Source of the DNA: Chthoniobacteraceae bacterium
GTDB lineage: Bacteria > Verrucomicrobiota > Verrucomicrobiia > Chthoniobacterales > Chthoniobacteraceae
Reading direction: 5' to 3'
NCBI GenBank assembly: GCA_031409335.1
Contig: JANNWY010000193.1
Coordinates: 46,408 to 110,407 of the forward strand
DNA length: 64,000 bases
Shown: positions 18,398 to 28,611 of the stretch, one piece after another
How positions within the stretch are numbered: the stretch's first letter is position 1
How the letters are laid out: the number at the start of each line of letters is the position of its first letter
Notes under the pieces: model-generated
The model's input: only the letters and a program-made list of their open reading frames with translations
Database searches by the model: none
Told to the model about the DNA's origin: nothing
Program-made: the position numbers and the translations under genes

Positions 18398-18473
18398 TTT
18401 CGTGAAATGCAACGACGCGAACACGGAGCCCGTGTTCGCGTCGCGCGAAGTTTGGTCTTGGAAAAGCGGCTGC

Positions 18474-18713
18474 CTATTCGCCGTCGTTGGCGATCGCGGC
18501 TTGTGGGCAAACGGCGATGGTTTCCTCGGCAACGGCAAGTTCAGCGCCTTCCGGTTGCTTGTGGAAATACACCTTCGTTTCGTCGTCGTTGTATTTCAGG
18601 AATGCGTCGGCTCCGGCGACCTCAAGACAGGTGCGGCACGGGGTGCAGAGTTCATCATCGACGTACCAAGCTCCTGGGACGTTTTGCGGTACTTTTTTCG
18701 TTTTATCAGCCAT
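18474..18713 (-). CDS. ferredoxin (single 4Fe-4S cluster type)
   Basis: NVPGAWYVDDELCTPCRTC...AVCPQAAI. Confidence 0.88.
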   Translation of the reverse strand: MADKTKKVPQNVPGAWYVDDELCTPCRTCLEVAGADAFLKYNDDETKVYFHKQPEGAELAVAEETIAVCPQAAIANDGE

Positions 18714-18733
18714 GGGTGTTTGCGGGTTGGTGG

Positions 18734-21700
18734 TTAGTTTTGCGGTTTATCAGCATCTGCATTTTCAACTGCGTCTGGTGATTTTTTCGGTTCCTCCGGG
18801 ATAGCCGGTTTCGTGCCGCCAGGTGCGGGAGCCGAGCGCAACTCCGGCGGCAGGACGAGCGGATCAAAGCCCGGAATGATTGGCGTCGCGGGCGCTGTCG
18901 GCGGCGGCGGCGGCGGTGGTGGATTCGGGTCCACGAGTTCGCGCCCGCCTTTCGTGAAGACTCCGAGGCGCGAAAACTTCTGCTTCTTGCCGGCGATTTC
19001 CTTCTCCTCGACGACCGCCTTATTCACCACATCCTCGACGCGATACATATCGCCATCTTTGTGACGCAGGAAGGGCTGCATCTCGCTGACCTTGAAAGGG
19101 CGTGAGCCACGGCGTCCGAATACCACGGTCTGATTCCCCGTCTCATCCACGACGCGATCGCGATCGAGCCCGCGCGAGACTGCGAGCATCGGACTGTGGG
19201 TGTGATACGTGGCGATCAGGCGCGGCTCGGGGCGCGGGCTGAAGCCAGCGGCGCCATCTACAGTGTCGGGCGAGATCAGTTGCAAAATGCGCAGCCCGTT
19301 TTTCCCATCGGCCACGTGTGCATACATCGAAGCGGCCACGGAACCGATCTGCACGGCGCGCGTGTCGTTGAGCTTTCCGTCGGCGTTGTACATTTGGTCG
19401 AGCCGCGGACGCTCGGGATTTTCGATGTCGATGATCGCGAGCCCTTCCGCGCCGTTGGCGACGTAGGCATAGGTGCGGGCGACGTAAAGTTTGCGTGCAT
19501 CGCCAAGCCGGACCGTCGCGCCGGGCATCGCGCGTGGCCGCGTCGGCTCGCTGATGTCGATGACTTTCAGCCCTTCATCATCCGTGACGAATGCGTAGCG
19601 GAACTGGATCGCCAGCGCCTTCGGATTTTTCAGGAAGCCGGTCGCGAGTTCACCCACGAGCCGCGGTTGCTCTGGCTTGTCGATATCGATCACCGCCAGC
19701 CCGCGCTTGGTGCAAACGTAGAGCCGGTGTCCGGCGACCAGTCCATACTCGGCACCGTCGAGCACACCGTCTGGATTGAACGCATCGCCCTCCGGGAGTT
19801 TTGCGCGACGCAGGAAATTGTCCTCCGGGTTGCCATTGAAAAGGCACGCGACATTCACGACCACGAGCCCCTCCTCGCGATCGGTCACGAACACATATCC
19901 ATACAGCGGATGAATCGGCTGCTCTTCATTCACCGGCAGCCGCACGCGCATCGGATCGTTCAGCAGCGTGCTCGGCAGCGCGGCGGATGTCGCAAATTTC
20001 GTGCGCACATAAGTCCGCTGCCCGAGTGGTGAAACTGGCGCGCTGAGGAACCGTTCCGAGAATCCCTTCTGGTCGATGTTGGCCACGTCGAAGACCTCCA
20101 GGCCCGCCTTTCCATTCGCGGTATAGACGTATTCGCTGCGCAGCGTGATGTCGTTGATCTCCTTTGCGTGATGATGAAATGCGATGCGCTCCAGCCCATC
20201 CTGCTCGGTCGGTTTCAATTCGCGGCCGCGATCGAGATGCGCCTCCCAGTTCCGCGGATACGCGACCTTGTGAAAGGAGCTGCCGATCGGCGACTGCGGT
20301 TCTTCCGGCTCGGTCCATTGCACGCCATACAGCGCGTGCTCGCCGCCGATCCACGTGTAGCGCCCGAAGAAATTCACCGTCCCCGTGCCGAAGCCGAGCA
20401 GTTGCGTCATCCACGCATTGTTGTCGTTCGATTTGGAGAGGTGGCAGTCGGTGCAGCCTTTCGTCGTCCCCTTGCCACTCGTCGTGTGGGGAAAGTGCGG
20501 ATTGAAAGCCTGCCCCGCGTAGCCTTCGCCACTCACCGTTTGCTGCTGCGAATAGACCCACTCGCGATTCGCATTTTGCGAGCCGACCACGACGGCGCTG
20601 GATGAACGAATCACCGCCATGCGGTTCTTTTTCACCGAGCCATCGATGCCGAGCATGAAGACATCGTCGCGCACCACCTGCGGATTGTAGGTGATGAAAT
20701 TTCGGTCGATCACGCCTTCGTATTTGTTCTGCGCCACACGCGAATTGGCCTTCATTGGCAGATGGCAGCCGAAGCAACTCGTCGCCCACGAGCTGTGGCA
20801 GATCTGGCAGTCCATGTTTTCGTTGCTGTGCGCGAGCTGCGCTTTGCACTCCTCGGGCGACATCGGCACTTCGCCCCACTCAGTTCCGTCGCGTTGCAGC
20901 GTCTTTGCGTAGCGCGCCTTCGCATTGTAGCTCGGCGAATAGGGATCAATAATGTCCACGACTTGCGGCACCTGCCAGTGGATGTCCGGCGACATCACCG
21001 AGTGCTGGGTGAGCTTGCGCTTTGGGATTCCTTTCTCGTTCTTCGCCGGTTTCCCTTCGGGATCGAGGATGTCCTGCCACTCGAAGCGCGGACCCCACGG
21101 CGTCACGCCTTCCGCGAGATTCACCGGCCTCGTCTTCGTCGGCGACGAAGGATCGTAGTGGCCCGAAACGCCACTCGTCATCAGCGTTGGCCGTGCGTTC
21201 ACCGTGCCGTGGCAATCGATGCACCCGATCGTCGTCGCATTCCGCGGCTCGCCGTAGAGCAGCCCATTGCCGTGGACATCCACCTCGAAATGGCAGTCGC
21301 CGCACTGCATTCCGCGTTTGATGTGAATGTCGTTGAGATGGACCGCGTTTTTGAAATCACCATGCGCGACCACCTTGTCGTCGAGGTCGAGCAGGTTGCC
21401 TTTTTTGTCCTTCTTGAAGACCGCTTTGAAGACCCAGCCGTGGCCGTGGTAGTCGGCAAATTGGGTGTGCTTCAGCTTCGGATTCAACTCCGCCACCTTC
21501 TCCAGAAAGTCGAGATCGCCCCACTTCCCGCGCGCCGCCGCAGCCTCGGGATTTGCCACGGTTGCCTTGATCAAATCCGCGTCGGTCGGGTCTTTTTGTT
21601 CCTTCGGATACATGTGCTCCGCGTCCGTCTCCTGATCCCACCATGTGTAACCGAGATACGGATTCACGAAGAGATTTCCCTGATGCATGTGGCAGTTCAT

Positions 21701-22996
21701 GCACTGCGAAGACGGGATGGAGCGGGTGAATTTATGCATGACCGGATGGCCGCGCTCATCCTTCGGAATGGTGGGATCTTTCGAGAAGCTCAGACCCTGG
21801 TGCCCATACTTGCTCCACCAGCCCGAGTTGGTCGGCGAACGATCATTCGCATACACCACGTGACATGCCGTGCAGCCGCTCGAGCGGTAGTCGCCGGGCC
21901 GGTCGTTCGAGCCCATGAAGCCGAGCAGCGGATCGTGCAGCCGCGTCTTTTGCGCGCCGAGCACCACCGGATCGGTGCGGTTCGATGTGCCGAGGCCGCG
22001 ATCGGAAAGGCGGCGCTCCGGCTTGCCCGGCGGCTCGTCGAGCGTCGAGATGCCGAGTGAAAGCGGCAGCATTCCGCCCTTTTCAAAGATGCGGAAAAGA
22101 TTGCCCGGCTGGCTGCGGTTGAAGCGCGGGATTGGGATGATGTAAGGCAGGATTCCAAACTCCTTCGTCTCCGCTTTCGTCGGCACGAACGGATTTTCCA
22201 ACTTCAACGGCAAACCATCGAGCCCATAGGCCTGGCCGATGATCGGGTCCTTCAAATTGATCGCGCCGTTGTTATAGGCGGCGGCATTCCACAGCATCGC
22301 GCCGTGATTCATCATCGAGCTGCGCACGCGCTTCACGATGTCGCCGTGGCAAAGCCCGCACGCCACATCCGCCACGCGCAGGTCGCCCGGATTCACAAAC
22401 CGGATGAACTCTGCCGACTCGTGATTGAGCAGCACCGTCGAGTTATGCGGATTCGCCGAAGTTTCCCACAGCTCCGGATTCTGCGGCAGCACATGCGCGT
22501 CGCTGATGCCGAGGCCGCGCGCGGGATTTCCGCCGTGGCAATCCGTGCAGCCGAGCACGACGTTTGGCGATTCGTGCATCGTGTGCGCGTCCGTCGTCTT
22601 GTGGCAATCCATGCAACCGATGCTCTTGCGCTGCGCATCCTCGGGCGTCTGGTCGATCCAGTTGCGCGGTGGCAGCTTCACATTTGGGCGGGGAAATGGC
22701 GGCACCGAAACGCTCGGCCCGATGCCATTGAGCGCCTCGGGAAAGATGTCGAGCGCCTCCGTCATCTGCGGCACCGACATCTGCGGCCCGAGCCCCGTCG
22801 CGGGCAATGGCATCGCTGGCGGTGGCGCGACTTGTTTGATGCCAGTCTCCGAGCCAGGCACCGTCGGCAGCTCGGGTGGCAGCACCAGGGGCTTCGCGCC
22901 AGCGGCGGGCTTCGGAGTATCCTGGCTGCGGAGTGCAGCGGGGATGGCGACAGCGAACCAGACAAAAAGTAGAGCGGGCAGCCAGTGTTTGCGCAT
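18734..22996 (-). CDS. exported decaheme cytochrome c with C-terminal LVIVD repeats
   Basis: Signal peptide; 10 CxxCH motifs; repeated YAFVTD/YAYVAN...GL-x-(V/I)ID units. Confidence 0.85.
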   Translation of the reverse strand: MRKHWLPALLFVWFAVAIPAALRSQDTPKPAAGAKPLVLPPELPTVPGSETGIKQVAPPPAMPLPATGLGPQMSVPQMTEALDIFPEALNGIGPSVSVPPFPRPNVKLPPRNWIDQTPEDAQRKSIGCMDCHKTTDAHTMHESPNVVLGCTDCHGGNPARGLGISDAHVLPQNPELWETSANPHNSTVLLNHESAEFIRFVNPGDLRVADVACGLCHGDIVKRVRSSMMNHGAMLWNAAAYNNGAINLKDPIIGQAYGLDGLPLKLENPFVPTKAETKEFGILPYIIPIPRFNRSQPGNLFRIFEKGGMLPLSLGISTLDEPPGKPERRLSDRGLGTSNRTDPVVLGAQKTRLHDPLLGFMGSNDRPGDYRSSGCTACHVVYANDRSPTNSGWWSKYGHQGLSFSKDPTIPKDERGHPVMHKFTRSIPSSQCMNCHMHQGNLFVNPYLGYTWWDQETDAEHMYPKEQKDPTDADLIKATVANPEAAAARGKWGDLDFLEKVAELNPKLKHTQFADYHGHGWVFKAVFKKDKKGNLLDLDDKVVAHGDFKNAVHLNDIHIKRGMQCGDCHFEVDVHGNGLLYGEPRNATTIGCIDCHGTVNARPTLMTSGVSGHYDPSSPTKTRPVNLAEGVTPWGPRFEWQDILDPEGKPAKNEKGIPKRKLTQHSVMSPDIHWQVPQVVDIIDPYSPSYNAKARYAKTLQRDGTEWGEVPMSPEECKAQLAHSNENMDCQICHSSWATSCFGCHLPMKANSRVAQNKYEGVIDRNFITYNPQVVRDDVFMLGIDGSVKKNRMAVIRSSSAVVVGSQNANREWVYSQQQTVSGEGYAGQAFNPHFPHTTSGKGTTKGCTDCHLSKSNDNNAWMTQLLGFGTGTVNFFGRYTWIGGEHALYGVQWTEPEEPQSPIGSSFHKVAYPRNWEAHLDRGRELKPTEQDGLERIAFHHHAKEINDITLRSEYVYTANGKAGLEVFDVANIDQKGFSERFLSAPVSPLGQRTYVRTKFATSAALPSTLLNDPMRVRLPVNEEQPIHPLYGYVFVTDREEGLVVVNVACLFNGNPEDNFLRRAKLPEGDAFNPDGVLDGAEYGLVAGHRLYVCTKRGLAVIDIDKPEQPRLVGELATGFLKNPKALAIQFRYAFVTDDEGLKVIDISEPTRPRAMPGATVRLGDARKLYVARTYAYVANGAEGLAIIDIENPERPRLDQMYNADGKLNDTRAVQIGSVAASMYAHVADGKNGLRILQLISPDTVDGAAGFSPRPEPRLIATYHTHSPMLAVSRGLDRDRVVDETGNQTVVFGRRGSRPFKVSEMQPFLRHKDGDMYRVEDVVNKAVVEEKEIAGKKQKFSRLGVFTKGGRELVDPNPPPPPPPPTAPATPIIPGFDPLVLPPELRSAPAPGGTKPAIPEEPKKSPDAVENADADKPQN

Positions 22997-23221
22997 GAGT
23001 CAAATATTCAGGAGTCGGGTGCGCGGCATGTCGGAAAATCCGCGCGAGGAAATGCCATGCTGGTTTTTTCGGAGCAGCTTCATGATGGTGCGAGATTGCC
23101 GGGCAGCTCCGCGCATGACAACTCCATTTCCACTCAGCCCACAAATTCCCGCGGAGTGGACAATTGACGCTTGGTGCCGCGCGCGTCCTCGTCCATATAA
23201 CCGCTCCCGAACCAGGGCCAG

Positions 23222-24109
23222 ATGGAGTTCGAGATCACACACGTCACCAACTACAAATACGGACATCCCGCCGCCGAGGCGTACGGCGAGGCGCGTTTGA
23301 CGCCGCCAAATTTGCCGAGCCAGCGGGTGATCAGTCACAAGATCATGCTCGATCCCGAAGTCGCCACTTCGAGCTATGACGATCACTACGGAAATCGCGT
23401 GGATTTCTTTTCGCTGCCGTTTCGCCACGATCGCCTGACGGTGCGAAATGAGTTGTGCGTCGAGACCAGTCCGCCCGAGCGGCCTGCGGAAAGCATGGCG
23501 CTGAGCATTCAGGAAGCGCGCCAGATCATGCACTCGGCGCTCGCGGATATTTTTCAGTTCACGCAACCGACACCCGTGATCGAGATCACCCGCGAAAGTG
23601 TGCAGTGGGCCAGGAAATATCTGCGCCCGGGGCTGCCAATCGGCGAAGGGCTGGTGGCGTTGAGCGATGCGATTCACGGTGATTTCAAATACCAGTCGGG
23701 CTCGACCGAAAACACGACATCGCTCGCGACGATCTGGAAAAAAAAGGAAGGCGTCTGCCAGGATTTTGCACACATCGCCCTGAGCATCCTCCGCGCCGCT
23801 GGCCTGCCTGCGCGCTACGTTTGCGGCTATATCGAGACTGATCCGCCGCGGAATCCCGATGGCTCGATTGGCCGTCTCACCGGCGCGGTCGCGACCCATG
23901 CGTGGATCGAGGCGCTGGTGCCGGGAATGTCGTGGGTGGCGATCGATCCGACCAATAGACAATGGGTCAACGAACGTTACGTCGCAGTGTCATTCGGGCG
24001 CGACTACCGCGATGCGACGCCGCTGCGCGGCACCTTCAAAGGCAGCGGCGGCCAGGAGATGAAAGTCCGCGTGACCATGAAGCGCCGGGGAGGGAAACTG
24101 CGCGCATGA
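23222..24109 (+). CDS. transglutaminase-like protein (Bact_transglu_N + core)
   Basis: ITHVTNYKY N-terminus; GVCQDFAH, HAW and DPTN catalytic motifs; GRDYRDATP. Confidence 0.9.
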   Translation: MEFEITHVTNYKYGHPAAEAYGEARLTPPNLPSQRVISHKIMLDPEVATSSYDDHYGNRVDFFSLPFRHDRLTVRNELCVETSPPERPAESMALSIQEARQIMHSALADIFQFTQPTPVIEITRESVQWARKYLRPGLPIGEGLVALSDAIHGDFKYQSGSTENTTSLATIWKKKEGVCQDFAHIALSILRAAGLPARYVCGYIETDPPRNPDGSIGRLTGAVATHAWIEALVPGMSWVAIDPTNRQWVNERYVAVSFGRDYRDATPLRGTFKGSGGQEMKVRVTMKRRGGKLRA

Positions 24110-24951
24110 AAATCCGGATCCTCTACCAGGCGGAATACAGCTACTCGGACAGCGTCACGTTTTCCCCGCATCTCTTCCGGCTGTTTCCGAAAGTCGATCA
24201 CAACGTCCGCGTCCACAGCGCGGAATTTCGGACCAATCTCGACGCCTCGGTGAACTTCCGCCGCGATCTTTTCGACAACGAAATCGCCTCCTGCTTTTAT
24301 CCCGCGCCATCGTCGCTCCTCACTGCGAGCCTGGACATCGAACTCGAAGTGCAGTCGAAAAGTGCCTTCGGCTTTCTGCTCGACCGGCACGCCCTCGCAC
24401 TCCCGCTCGTTTACCAGCCAGCCGAATCGCGCGTGCTGGCACCCTACCTGCAAACGAAGGCCGCGCTCGCATTGCCATTCTGGAAGGTGCCGGCGACGCC
24501 CCAGCCCACGGCCGAGACACTCGTCGCGCTGAACTCGGCGATTCACGAAAACCTCGGCTACGAACGGCGCGATGAAGGCGAGGCGTTTTCACCCGCGGAA
24601 ACGCTCCAGCGCGGCAGCGGTGCCTGTCGGGATTTCGCGGTGCTGCTCGTGGAAACACTGCGCGGCATGGGTCTCGCGGCGCGATTGGCGAGCGGCTACC
24701 TCTGCGAATTCGGCGACGGCGAAAGAATCGCCGAGAGTGCGCTGCACGCCTGGGTTGAGACTTATCTCCCCGGCGCAGGCTGGATCGGGCTCGATCCGAC
24801 CAACGGCACCTTCTGCGATCACCATCACCTCACCGCAGCCGTCGGCCTCACAACCGCGGACATTTCACCGATGCTCGGCAACTACTTCCACCCGACCCAG
24901 CCTCCGACTCAAACGATGAGCGCCACCCTCAGCATCCTGCCGCATGACTAA
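24106..24951 (+). CDS. transglutaminase-like protein
   Basis: GSGACRDFA, ARLASGYL, LHAWVETYLPGAGWIGLDPT; ATGA overlap with the preceding gene. Confidence 0.9.
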   Translation: MKIRILYQAEYSYSDSVTFSPHLFRLFPKVDHNVRVHSAEFRTNLDASVNFRRDLFDNEIASCFYPAPSSLLTASLDIELEVQSKSAFGFLLDRHALALPLVYQPAESRVLAPYLQTKAALALPFWKVPATPQPTAETLVALNSAIHENLGYERRDEGEAFSPAETLQRGSGACRDFAVLLVETLRGMGLAARLASGYLCEFGDGERIAESALHAWVETYLPGAGWIGLDPTNGTFCDHHHLTAAVGLTTADISPMLGNYFHPTQPPTQTMSATLSILPHD

Positions 24952-26962
24952 AGCAACACCGCTCGCCGCGGTCGCAGCGAAAATCGAGGCATCGCTGGCT
25001 GCGTCGAAGGTCCAGCTCACTCTTGGCGGCGAACCCACCTATGTTCCCATCAATCCCGACGGCCAGGAATGGAACATCACCGCGCTCGGGCCCACCAAAC
25101 TCCGCTACGCATACGCGCTCGCCGATGCCTTGATCGCGCAGTCCCTGCCCGGAGCCGTCACCTTTTTTTCCCCAGGAAAATACTACCCTGGTGAAGGCAA
25201 CCCACGGTGGGCGCTGAACCTGGTCTGGAACACGGATGGAAAGCCCTTGGTCCCCGCACTGGCAAAGGCATTGCCTGCGAAACTGCCCAACCCAGGAGAC
25301 ATCGAAGCGTTCAAATCGACCCTGCTGAAAAGCCTTAAACAAAAGGCAAACTGGCTGCGCGCCGCCGATCCACTCATCCCGCGCCACTCCGCATGGGTGC
25401 TGCCATTGGATCACGACGGCAAGCATTTCCGCAGCGATCACTGGAAGCTGGGAAGGCGGATCGAACTACTGCGAACCGAAGGCCCGGCTGGTCTCCGGCT
25501 GCCGCTGGATCTCCTGCCAAACGATGTCGGCAAACGCGCGCTCACCATCGAAGTCCGCGACGACCAATTTCACGTTTTCCTGCCGCCGCTCTTGCAGCCA
25601 GCCTTTCTCACCCTGCTCGAAAAGATCGTGTCCGCCCTTCGCAAAGCGGGCATCGGTCCGGCTATTTTTTCCGGCTATATCCCCAGTGATGACTCGGATC
25701 GCTGGTGCAAACTCGGCATCGCCGCGGACCCCGGCGTGATTGAAGTAAACCTTCCACCCTGCCTTGCCTGGGTGGACTACGATGGGTGGCTGCACAGACT
25801 TGAGAAGGCATGCGTTCCAGTTGGCCTGCGTTCGTTCAAAGAAACCCCGGACGGTCAATCGCTGGGAAGTGGCGGAGGCAATCACGTCCTGTTCGGAGGC
25901 CCGACGCTGGATACCAATCCACTCTTTACCCATCCGCGATGGGTCACGTCGATCCTTCGCTACTGGCAGCACCACCCTCCGCTTGCCTACCTTTTCACCG
26001 GTCAATACGTTGGCGCATCGTCCCAAGCGCCGCGGCCCGATGAATCAAGTCGGTCGCTCTATGATCTGGAGATGGCCTACCAGTTTCTCGAGACGCTACC
26101 CGAAGGCGATCACCGTTTCCTGCTAAGTGAAACCATCCGCCATCTGCACACCGATGGCAGCGGCAATACCCATCGCAGCGAAGCCAGTTTCGATAAGTTT
26201 TGGAATGTCAGTTTCGAGGGCGGCTGTCGCGGATTGCTGGAGTTTCGAGCCATCGAAACGTTTCCGCACGCCAGTTGGATGTCGGCGATCTGCCTGCTCT
26301 GGCGCGCGCTGGCCTCATGGCTGCTCGATCATCCCTTCTCGAAGCCACTGATCGACCACGGCGAAAAGCTGCATGACTACTACTTCCTGCCGACCTGCCT
26401 GTGGGCGGATTTTGAGATCGTGCTCCGGGATTTGCGAAAGGGTGGCTTTGCCATGCCTGTCGATGTCTTTCGCGCCATCGCAGCCTGGCGCTTTCCCACC
26501 CTGCTTCACTTTTCAAATGGTCCGGCCACCCTCACGATCCGCAAGGCACTCGAAGACTGGCCGCTTTTGTGTGAAACACCGCTTGAAGGCGGAACCACGA
26601 GTCGATTCGTGGATACTTCGATCGAACGACTGGAGTTTGTCGCGAATCGGGACTTCGCCCACTCGTACGAAATCCGCGTCCAAGGTCGGCGACTGACCCT
26701 CGACCGTTTCCCCGGCAATCAATTTGGAGCCGGCCTGCGCTATCGTCGTACCGCGCTCCACCCTTCTCTTCATCCGGGAATGCCTCCGCAAATTCCGCTG
26801 GTGTTGTCCATCAAAAGCGATGAGGCGACCGCATTCTTCCAACTCGAAACGGGTCGCCGGATCTTTACCGCCACCTCTGCAAAGACCGCGAGCCGCCCCA
26901 GCCTTCGCCCATGCAAAAGCCTCCACCCAGGCCTGCTCACCCGCGATTTGCGGCTGGCTTGA
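24944..26962 (+). CDS. DUF2126-family putative amidoligase (stand-alone)
   Basis: LTLGGEPT, GKYYPGEGNPRWA, DPGVIEVN, GGGNHV, SQAPRPDE, GNTHRSE and GLLEFRA motifs. Confidence 0.85.
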   Translation: MTKATPLAAVAAKIEASLAASKVQLTLGGEPTYVPINPDGQEWNITALGPTKLRYAYALADALIAQSLPGAVTFFSPGKYYPGEGNPRWALNLVWNTDGKPLVPALAKALPAKLPNPGDIEAFKSTLLKSLKQKANWLRAADPLIPRHSAWVLPLDHDGKHFRSDHWKLGRRIELLRTEGPAGLRLPLDLLPNDVGKRALTIEVRDDQFHVFLPPLLQPAFLTLLEKIVSALRKAGIGPAIFSGYIPSDDSDRWCKLGIAADPGVIEVNLPPCLAWVDYDGWLHRLEKACVPVGLRSFKETPDGQSLGSGGGNHVLFGGPTLDTNPLFTHPRWVTSILRYWQHHPPLAYLFTGQYVGASSQAPRPDESSRSLYDLEMAYQFLETLPEGDHRFLLSETIRHLHTDGSGNTHRSEASFDKFWNVSFEGGCRGLLEFRAIETFPHASWMSAICLLWRALASWLLDHPFSKPLIDHGEKLHDYYFLPTCLWADFEIVLRDLRKGGFAMPVDVFRAIAAWRFPTLLHFSNGPATLTIRKALEDWPLLCETPLEGGTTSRFVDTSIERLEFVANRDFAHSYEIRVQGRRLTLDRFPGNQFGAGLRYRRTALHPSLHPGMPPQIPLVLSIKSDEATAFFQLETGRRIFTATSAKTASRPSLRPCKSLHPGLLTRDLRLA

Positions 26963-26968
26963 AGAAAC

Positions 26969-27043
26969 TGGTAGGCAGTGAGGGATTCGAACCCCCGACC
27001 AACAGTGTGTAAAACTGCCGCTCTACCACTGAGCTAACTGCCC
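26969..27043 (-). tRNA. tRNA-Val(TAC)
   Basis: GGGCAGTTAGCTCAGTGGTAGAGCGGCAGTTTTACACACTGTTGGTCGGGGGTTCGAATCCCTCACTGCCTACCA; anticodon TAC. Confidence 0.97.
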
Positions 27044-27101
27044 GAACGAACCGCTACTATGGCGTGCTTTGCCCCGACGGCAAGCCTTGACTCGCCATCG
27101 C

Positions 27102-27665
27102 TTAATACTGAAGAACGACTGGCGTGCCAATCTCCGCATTGGCGAAAAAGTGCATCGCCATTTCGCGCGGCAGACGCACGCAACCATGCGAAGCGCGATG
27201 ACCGGGAACCCGGCCGGCGTGCAATCCATACCCAGCGTGGAACCGCAAAAAGTATGGCATCTTTGCCCCCTTGAATTTCGCCCCGGCCGGCGCGCGATCT
27301 TTGGTAACGTCCACATTGCTGCGCACCACATCCCCGCCGTCGCCGACAAACTGCCCATACAGATTCGAGGCGTGATCCTTGTCTTTCTGGATCACCTTGT
27401 AATCACCCGGCGGCGTCTCAAATCCCTTCTTCCCCGTGGATGTAACCGACTCGCCAACCAAGGTGCCATCGCGAAAGAAATACACCCGTTGCCGGCTCAG
27501 ATCGATCACGATTTTTGGTTCGCCCGGAACGTTGTCCCCTTTCCAAAAGCTCTGCTTCTTGATTGGGAGCGCTTTCTTGACCACAACTGGCTTTGGCGGC
27601 GGCGGAGTCACGCAGCCGGACAGTGCTAGCGTCAGGAAGAGTGCGGCAAATAGGGCGGGTTTCAT
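27102..27665 (-). CDS. L,D-transpeptidase (YkuD) lipoprotein
   Basis: Lipobox LSGC; STGKKGFETP, MPYFLRF and GLHAG...ASHGCVRL. Confidence 0.92.
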   Translation of the reverse strand: MKPALFAALFLTLALSGCVTPPPPKPVVVKKALPIKKQSFWKGDNVPGEPKIVIDLSRQRVYFFRDGTLVGESVTSTGKKGFETPPGDYKVIQKDKDHASNLYGQFVGDGGDVVRSNVDVTKDRAPAGAKFKGAKMPYFLRFHAGYGLHAGRVPGHRASHGCVRLPREMAMHFFANAEIGTPVVLQY

Positions 27666-28009
27666 TGGAGACTGGAAAAGATTGGACGGGGGAGAGTAGG
27701 TATGAACTTCATGCTGGCAAGAAAATCATGCCGCGACACGCAACAGATTGATCTCGCGACAGTTTCGAGTCTTGAGTTAGTGCTTGCGATTAGCCAATCC
27801 ACCTCCAAAAGCGGTCGCCATGAAGCCAGTCAATCCCCGAATCGCAGCCTTGGAAAAACTCATCACCTGCGAGGAAGAACGGGCAATCGCCCAAAGTCAG
27901 TGGGACGCCATCGATTGGCGTGTCCCCGCACTGAGAACGCATCCGGAAAGGCGATTTCACACGCTCTCGTGCCGGGGCGATCTCCTGTGCGAGATCGCCG
28001 GAAGCAAGG

Positions 28010-28133
28010 CAGCCCTGAATGGGCGGGACACCCAGGTGCCTGTTGGATGCGCCGCCCTTTCAGGGCTGAGATGTTCTGGTTACTGTTACCCAGGGCGTTG
28101 CCCTAGGCTGTGTTGTTTCAGCCTTTCAGGCTT
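28010..28133. repeat. REP-like palindrome cluster, family C
   Basis: CAGCCCTGAATGGGCGG / CCGCCCTTTCAGGGCTG dyad plus CCCAGGGCGTTGCCCTAGG and GCCTTTCAGGC. Confidence 0.7.
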
Positions 28134-28160
28134 GGGAAGGACAGAGTTTGCAAACAGGTT

Positions 28161-28320
28161 CTAGCTGCCTGTTGAAGAAGTCGCGGATTCCCATTCCGGA
28201 CTCCTGCTCTTGCTCTTGCTCTTGATCCTCTGTGCCACGGAGTCATCAACCCTCGGGATCGCGATCAGGAGCAAGAGCAGGATCAGGAGCCCACCCGGAT
28301 GTTTTTCAACAGGCTGCTAG
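28161..28320. mobile_element. MITE-like element with IS-type terminal inverted repeats and CTAG at both ends
   Basis: CTAGCTGCCTGTTGAAGAA ... TTTTTCAACAGGCTGCTAG; non-coding interior with hexamer repeats. Confidence 0.7.
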
Positions 28321-28611
28321 GGCCTGGTCTGGGTGGATAGGTCAGCCTGACTGATGTGCCACCGGAAATCCGACCGGTCGCGTTTCATCCGCATTGGCAG
28401 ACGCTCAGTCCCAATGAGATGTGGTCGGGCGGGTTTGCAAGATGTCGCGATGCGAATGTCTTTTGCGGATGTTACGGCCGCGCGATTCCTTACGAAAAAC
28501 GAGTTGGCGTGAGGACGGGAAGTGGAAGATGGCGCTCGACGCATCATGCATCGTTCCGCCGCGAACCGCACTCGGCTCACGCGTTTGTTGCCGGCCTCTG
28601 GCTTTTCGCCT

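Noticed and set aside
15008..26968. Second genomic island between the two tRNA-Val genes
   Set aside because: No integrase and no duplication of the tRNA-Val(TAC) 3' end found; genes look host-like
27784..28164. 126-aa ORF
   Set aside because: Runs through REP palindromes and has no recognisable domain; at most a gene remnant
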